Of a stretch of DNA of 64,000 bases, positions 58,865 to 64,000 are shown one piece after another; position 1 is the stretch's first letter; each line of letters begins with the position of its first letter. The DNA is from Planctomycetota bacterium (lineage in GTDB: Bacteria > Planctomycetota > GCA-002687715 > DRQF01): positions 65,336 through 129,335 of the forward strand of contig JALTLO010000141.1 in NCBI GenBank assembly GCA_027001995.1. Reading direction: 5' to 3'. The notes beneath the pieces are model-generated. The model saw nothing but the letters and a program-made list of their open reading frames with translations. It made no database searches and was not told where the DNA came from. The position numbers were made by a program, and so were the translations under genes.

Positions 58865-59242
58865 CTAACACCCGCAGACCTCGGTCCAATGCTCAGTTAC
58901 TTCCGACAAGACGGTACAAAGTCCAGGGCAACTTAAGTTTGCGCAGTCCGGAATATAGGGCTCAGGCGGCAGAGTTGCATAGCATCCGACGCTACTGGGT
59001 GTGTAGTAGACGCCAGAATCAGTTTGGCATTGGCACGTCACATCACCATTTGGCCAACCGACCATGACGCACAAGTCACTGCCTGGACAAACACCAGCAC
59101 ACTTAGTCCGAATTTTTTCGAACCCGGCATCTTGAACAAACATTGTGCAGCTGCCTACTTTTTTTCTAACACTCAAACTCATGCCCGCAGTCCACGACAT
59201 CACGACGAAGCATATAAACAGAGCGATCAAACATACTCTCAT
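58865..59242 (-). CDS. Small secreted cysteine-rich protein
   Basis: GGAGA RBS, signal peptide, 12 Cys in the mature region, ends in CGC. Confidence 0.75.
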   Translation of the reverse strand: MRVCLIALFICFVVMSWTAGMSLSVRKKVGSCTMFVQDAGFEKIRTKCAGVCPGSDLCVMVGWPNGDVTCQCQTDSGVYYTPSSVGCYATLPPEPYIPDCANLSCPGLCTVLSEVTEHWTEVCGC

Positions 59243-59617
59243 CGTTCTTTCTCCATTCTCAAAAACGAACACAGGGTTCATGGAACCGTTCCAAGGGCTA
59301 TAACTCTCCCTTGGAATGACCTGCGATCCTCAGTGAAACGGTTGCCATCAAAACCCGCGTCCCAACTTTCGATCGACTATGATCCAGATTGGCGGCTTGA
59401 CCGATTCCGAATTCTTACTGCCCGGCAAGCGCAAGTTTTTATTCGATGTCCTGCGATGGGACTCCACTAAGGAGAATTACCTCAAGCAATCTTCCACCCC
59501 GCACAAATTGGAGCAGGCCCACGGTGTGCACAGATTCCCAAGCAAAGACGCAACACGAACAAATGCTGTGCTAATGGCCCGTCCCAATTCTCTACATGTA
59601 CGAAGTATGGAGATTGC

Positions 59618-59666
59618 TCAAGAACAGTCAAGAACAGTCAAGAACAGTCAAGAACAGTCAAGAACA
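59618..59666. repeat. 10-bp tandem repeat (TCAAGAACAG) x4.9
   Basis: Perfect tandem copies. Confidence 0.95.
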
Positions 59667-60396
59667 ATCTTATTTTCAAGCGAACAACCCAAGAGATACG
59701 GAAGTCTATTGAGTCTCACCAAGCGAGTGGCCTGTCGATCAATGAATTTTGCCGCCAGAACGATTTGGCAATCTGGACTTTCGGCTATTGGCGCCGCCAG
59801 TTTCGCCAAGGGTGGAATTCAAGGTCATCATAAACGACAGAGTTTGAAGTTTCTGTCCCGAAGTGCTTCACACAGATTCTTAATCTGGCCCCGAGTTGGT
59901 GGAGGTTTTGTCTTCATGCTAGCTTTATCGCCAATGACAAAGATTTTCGCTTGCAAGGAACCGACCGACCGACATGCGCAAAGGCTTGGATGGTCTGTCA
60001 GAAATCATTCGAGGCGTCATGGAACAAGATCCCTCGTCCGGCCATCGTTCCTTCATGAATCGCCATCGCTACTTGGCAAAAATTTTCTAGTTCGAGCAGT
60101 CCGGATCTTGGATGCTGTACAACTACAAAAGATTGGGGGGCGGCAATTCTCAATTTTCTTGAACACGGTGAAGTCGAGATTGGCAATAACGGCGCAGAAA
60201 GAGCTAGTCGGACAGTCTCTCTTGGGCGAATCCAAGCTTTCTCGCACCTTGTCTTGGTCCACAAGAACACTCAGTTTCTTTCCCGGCCGCACAGACAGAA
60301 AAAGTGGCCCATATGGGCCACCTTTGTCTGGTTCCATGTAAATTCTTGGTCCAAATGGAGCCATTTGTACTAGTAGCGCGGTGGGGGATATAGAAA

Positions 60397-60425
60397 CACG
60401 CAGCAGGATAGCGTCCTGCTGCGTG
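60397..60425 (-). terminator. Intrinsic terminator of sucCD
   Basis: CACGCAGCAGGA-N5-TCCTGCTGCGTG stem followed by TTTCT on the minus strand. Confidence 0.8.
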
Positions 60426-60450
60426 CTTGGTGCGATCATCTCAAATGGAA

Positions 60451-61323
60451 TTAACCTTTGAGAGCAATCTGCATGGTCTTGCCCAAGTCTGCTGGGCTCG
60501 CAGCAACTGGAATGCCTGCGGCTTCCATGGCAGCAATTTTGTCGCTTGCCTTGCCCGATCCACCAGAAATAATGGCACCAGCGTGGCCCATGCGTTTTCC
60601 GGGAGGAGCTGTTTGGCCGGCGATGAAACCGGCAACTGGCTTCTTCATGTTCTCTTTGATCCAGGCAGCCGCTTCTTCTTCAGCAGTGCCACCGATCTCA
60701 CCAATCATGATGACACCTTCAGTGTCGTCATCTTCATTAAAGAGACTCAAAACGTCGATGAAGTTTGTCCCGTTGAGTGGGTCACCGCCGATGCCGACGC
60801 AAGTCGATTGGCCATAACCCAGTTCGCTCAATTGCCAGACGGCTTCGTAAGTCAACGTACCACTACGGCTCAAGACTCCAATGCTTCCAGGCTTGTGGAT
60901 GTAACCTGGCATGATGCCGATCTTGCATTCTCCTGGAGTAATCACACCCGGGCAATTGGGGCCAATCAGCCGTGTGCCTGAGTTTGCCAACGCTTTCTTG
61001 ACTTTCGCCATGTCCATCACAGGAATGCCTTCGGTGATGGCAATGGCGATCCCCATGCCAGCGTCCGATGCTTCTATGATAGCCTCTCCAGCGAAGGGAG
61101 GTGGCACGTAGATAACTGTGGCATCGGCGCCAGTCTCGGCCACAGCTTCTTTCACTGTGTCAAATACAGGCACGCCGCAACAAGTTGTTCCGCCTTTGCC
61201 TGGAGTCACGCCACCAACCAATTGGGTGCCGTATTCGATCATCTGTTCGGTGTGGAACTTACCAGTTGAACCAGTAATCCCCTGAACGATGACCTTCGTG
61301 TCTTTGTTAATCAGAATACTCAT
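60451..61323 (-). CDS. sucD: Succinate--CoA ligase alpha subunit
   Basis: [20 protein letters not shown] and RMGHAGA (phospho-His). Confidence 0.98.
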   Translation of the reverse strand: MSILINKDTKVIVQGITGSTGKFHTEQMIEYGTQLVGGVTPGKGGTTCCGVPVFDTVKEAVAETGADATVIYVPPPFAGEAIIEASDAGMGIAIAITEGIPVMDMAKVKKALANSGTRLIGPNCPGVITPGECKIGIMPGYIHKPGSIGVLSRSGTLTYEAVWQLSELGYGQSTCVGIGGDPLNGTNFIDVLSLFNEDDDTEGVIMIGEIGGTAEEEAAAWIKENMKKPVAGFIAGQTAPPGKRMGHAGAIISGGSGKASDKIAAMEAAGIPVAASPADLGKTMQIALKG

Positions 61324-61337
61324 GATATTTCATCCGT

Positions 61338-62498
61338 TCAGGAAACCGCTTTGACAATTTTCGCTGCTGCATCACCCATGTCGGTGGCTGTGGCGATAGG
61401 GAGACCAGAGTTTTCGAGGATCTTGCGACCCTCTTCCACTTCTGTGCCTTCCAAACGCACAACCAAAGGAACATGAAGATTGACTTCTTTAACTGCGGTA
61501 CAGATGCCCTCAGCCAAGGTTGTGCAACGAAGGATTCCACCAAAGATGTTGACCAAAATGCCTTTCACTTTGTCATCCGCCAGGATGAGTTTGAAAGCAT
61601 GAGCAACTTGATCCGAAGTCGCGCCACCCCCCACGTCCAAGAAGTTGGCTGGGGTTCCACCATGATGCTTGATGATATCCATGGTTCCCATGGCGAGTCC
61701 GGCGCCATTCACCAAGCAACCGATGTTGCCATCGAGGTTGATGTAGGAAAGACCGGACGCTGCTGCTTCGACTTCCGCAGGATCTTCTTCTGCCAGATCA
61801 CGCAGTGCTACGATTTCTGGATGGCGATAAAGAGCATTGGAATCGAAGTTCATCTTCGCATCCAAAGCCAAAAGATCACCTCCCCCAGTTACAACCAAAG
61901 GGTTGATTTCAGCCAGCGAGCAGTCATTGGCCAGAAATGCCTGAGACAAGGATTGCAAGAATTTGATGGCTTTGCGATGAAGTGCTGCGGGGATGCCCAT
62001 GCCCTTCGCCAAGCGCAAGGCTTGGTAAGAACGCAATCCGGCTTCCGGATCGATTGGTTCTTTCAGGATCTTCTCGGGGGTGTTGGCAGCGACTGTTTCA
62101 ATGTCCATGCCACCCTCAGAAGATGCCATCATCACGGGCATGCCATAATCCCGATCCATGGCGATGCCAATATAAAGCTCATCTGCGATGTCGCAGCCTT
62201 CTTCCACGAGAAGGGTCTTCACTGGTTGGCCTTCAGGACCGGTCTGATGGGTAATCAGGTTGGATGCCATGATCGTCTTGGCAGCTTCGAAGGCCTCATC
62301 GGCGCTTTTCACCAACTTGACACCACCGCCCTTGCCCCGACCGCCGGCGTGAATTTGCGCTTTGACAACGCTCACTGGTTTCCCCAGGCGTTCAAATGCA
62401 TCCCGCGCTTCTTCGGCGGTGGTGCAAACGATGCCATGAGATGTGGCGACTCCGTTGTCACGGAGGATCGCTTTCGCTTGGTATTCGTGTATGTTCAT
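61338..62498 (-). CDS. sucC: Succinate--CoA ligase beta subunit
   Basis: [30 protein letters not shown] and NFLDVGGG. Confidence 0.98.
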   Translation of the reverse strand: MNIHEYQAKAILRDNGVATSHGIVCTTAEEARDAFERLGKPVSVVKAQIHAGGRGKGGGVKLVKSADEAFEAAKTIMASNLITHQTGPEGQPVKTLLVEEGCDIADELYIGIAMDRDYGMPVMMASSEGGMDIETVAANTPEKILKEPIDPEAGLRSYQALRLAKGMGIPAALHRKAIKFLQSLSQAFLANDCSLAEINPLVVTGGGDLLALDAKMNFDSNALYRHPEIVALRDLAEEDPAEVEAAASGLSYINLDGNIGCLVNGAGLAMGTMDIIKHHGGTPANFLDVGGGATSDQVAHAFKLILADDKVKGILVNIFGGILRCTTLAEGICTAVKEVNLHVPLVVRLEGTEVEEGRKILENSGLPIATATDMGDAAAKIVKAVS

Positions 62499-62674
62499 GG
62501 AGCGTGGCCCCTAACCTATTGAAAATTATACAGTTGTGAGTTTCGACCTCCAGGTGTGCAAGGCACAAGTCGAGGCCCGGTAGTCTAAGAGGGTCGAGGC
62601 GATCAAACAATGAAGCCCCCGGAATGTGAAGAACACATGTCCGGAGGCTCAGTTTGACCAGGAACAGAGGGATT

Positions 62675-64000
62675 TCAGCGTCTTTCAGGCTTTCGGCGAC
62701 TGCCATGAGCAGCGTAGAGCCGGGCAAAACGTGCTTCCACGGCCTTTCCGTCGGTCATGTCGATATTTCCGACCCGGTGAACCTTAATGCTATTGGTTCC
62801 TCCCGATGACACGTTGGAGCCGGTGACCACAATCGTCAAATCTCCCAGATCTGCCCGCCCACCATCAAGCATCTCTTTTTCCCCCAGGAAGAAGAGCTCA
62901 TCAATATTCTTGCCGCTCTTCAGACGCACCACATCAATGCCCCAGCACAGGGCCAAACGGTTAAAGACTTTTTCATCGAAAGTGGCCCCAATGATGCTCG
63001 AAACTGGGCGGGCAAACGACAGCTTGAAACAAGTCCGCCCGGAGCTGGAAAAGGCTAAGAGGTTACGAGCGTCGAGTTCTTCCGCTGCGGTGCAAGCCGC
63101 ATGAACCGTAGCATCGGCCACATCACGCCCCACATCCAAGAGCATCTTGTCCATCACACGATGATAGAGATTAGAGCCTTCCGTGTGTCGAATGATCTTG
63201 GACATGGTCTCGATCACTTCCACAGGCTGTTTGCCAACAGCGGTTTCCCCTGAGAGCATCACCACATCCGTGCCATCTAAAATAGCGTTGGCCACATCGG
63301 ACGTTTCCGCTCTCGTCGGCCTGGGGTTCATCACCATCGATTCCAACATCTGGGTTGCTGTCACCACAATGCGACCTCTTTTCCTGGCCGCTGCAATGAT
63401 GTTCTTTTGAACGATGGGTAATTGTTCCCCTGGCAACTCAACCCCAAGATCACCCCGGGCCACCATGATGCCATGGGCCACTTCTAGAATGTCATCCAAG
63501 TTCTCAAGGGCTTCTGGTTTTTCGATTTTGGCAATGATAGCTGCATTCGAGCCATGATTGGCCAACTGAGTTCGAAGCTGTTTAATGTCTCGGGCTTTGC
63601 GCACAAATGAAAGAGCGACATAGTCCACTTCGATCTTGGCACCAAAAATGAGGTCTTCTTTGTCTTTCTTGGTCAAGGAAGGGCTGGAGACGTTGACCCC
63701 AGGGAGGTTGATTCCTTTCTTTCCTCGAAGAGGGCCACCGCAGATCACCTCGCAGACCAACTCGTCATTGTTTTTTGACTGGCAACGCAGTTCAAGAAGA
63801 CCATCGTCGAGAAGAATACTCTCCCCCACTTTGACATCGTTAACCAGTTTCTTGTAGACCGTTGAAATCATCCCCGGTTCGGTCAAAGGAAACTTATGAC
63901 TGACCCGAACCATCGTTCCGACTTCAAGAAACACGCTGCCCTTGCCCTTCACTGGCCCAGTCCGAATTTTCGGGCCTTGGAGGTCTTGCAGAATTGCCAC
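62675..64000 (-). CDS. pyk: Pyruvate kinase (5' end beyond the window)
   Basis: DLQGPKIRTG, IIAKIE, MVARGDLGVE, ATQMLESM and MLSGETA. Confidence 0.97.
   Translation of the reverse strand: MAILQDLQGPKIRTGPVKGKGSVFLEVGTMVRVSHKFPLTEPGMISTVYKKLVNDVKVGESILLDDGLLELRCQSKNNDELVCEVICGGPLRGKKGINLPGVNVSSPSLTKKDKEDLIFGAKIEVDYVALSFVRKARDIKQLRTQLANHGSNAAIIAKIEKPEALENLDDILEVAHGIMVARGDLGVELPGEQLPIVQKNIIAAARKRGRIVVTATQMLESMVMNPRPTRAETSDVANAILDGTDVVMLSGETAVGKQPVEVIETMSKIIRHTEGSNLYHRVMDKMLLDVGRDVADATVHAACTAAEELDARNLLAFSSSGRTCFKLSFARPVSSIIGATFDEKVFNRLALCWGIDVVRLKSGKNIDELFFLGEKEMLDGGRADLGDLTIVVTGSNVSSGGTNSIKVHRVGNIDMTDGKAVEARFARLYAAHGSRRKPERR

Noticed and set aside
54314..59666. CRISPR array or integron cassette array
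   Set aside because: The tandem repeats have no spacers, there are no cas or integrase genes, and I found no convincing attC ends.
59379..60341. 320-aa plus-strand ORF
   Set aside because: No recognisable motif, it runs through the 10-bp VNTR and palindrome, and its composition is atypical. Probably spurious, though not excluded.
61473..62522. Long antisense ORFs (also 43703-44416, 14937-15587, 51448-52074)
   Set aside because: Shadows of well-supported genes on the opposite strand.
1..64000. tRNA or rRNA genes
   Set aside because: None recognised by eye in the intergenic regions; tRNAscan-SE or Infernal would be decisive.

Overview
A 64-kb bacterial window of mid GC content. Gene style is compatible with a Planctomycetota-like organism, but taxonomy cannot be established from this sequence alone. 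Most of it is housekeeping: serS, mqnA, hpt, folD, polyprenyl synthase, mobA, tatA, murA, uppP, sthA, cysteine desulfurase, CBS, HU/IHF, sucCD, pyk and a GspD-E-F-G-H-I-J secretion cluster. Four accessory or regulatory systems stand out. (1) A SET-domain N-methyltransferase directly upstream of an epsilon-poly-lysine-synthetase-like (Pls/PosA) membrane NRPS with a non-Pls substrate code, suggesting an N-methylated homopolyamide pathway. (2) An unannotated Met-rich leader peptide (MSTMQTNMMQM...) with alternative RNA hairpins upstream of a metB / ACT-less AK-HSDH / metC operon, a candidate methionine-sensing attenuator. (3) A sugar-phosphate-utilisation bacterial microcompartment locus (three BMC-P genes, RpiB and DeoC with encapsulation-peptide-like N-termini) linked to a nucleoside phosphorylase, NupC transporter and phosphomutase. 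(4) A variable 54-60 kb region with an AAA/DUF4143 gene between 54-bp direct repeats, a 12-Cys secreted protein / MauE-like operon, palindromes and VNTRs. Several enzymes carry catalytic-residue substitutions, and two nested IS256 remnants are present. No rRNA, tRNA or CRISPR array was recognised. All assignments come from motif reading by eye; no database searches were run.
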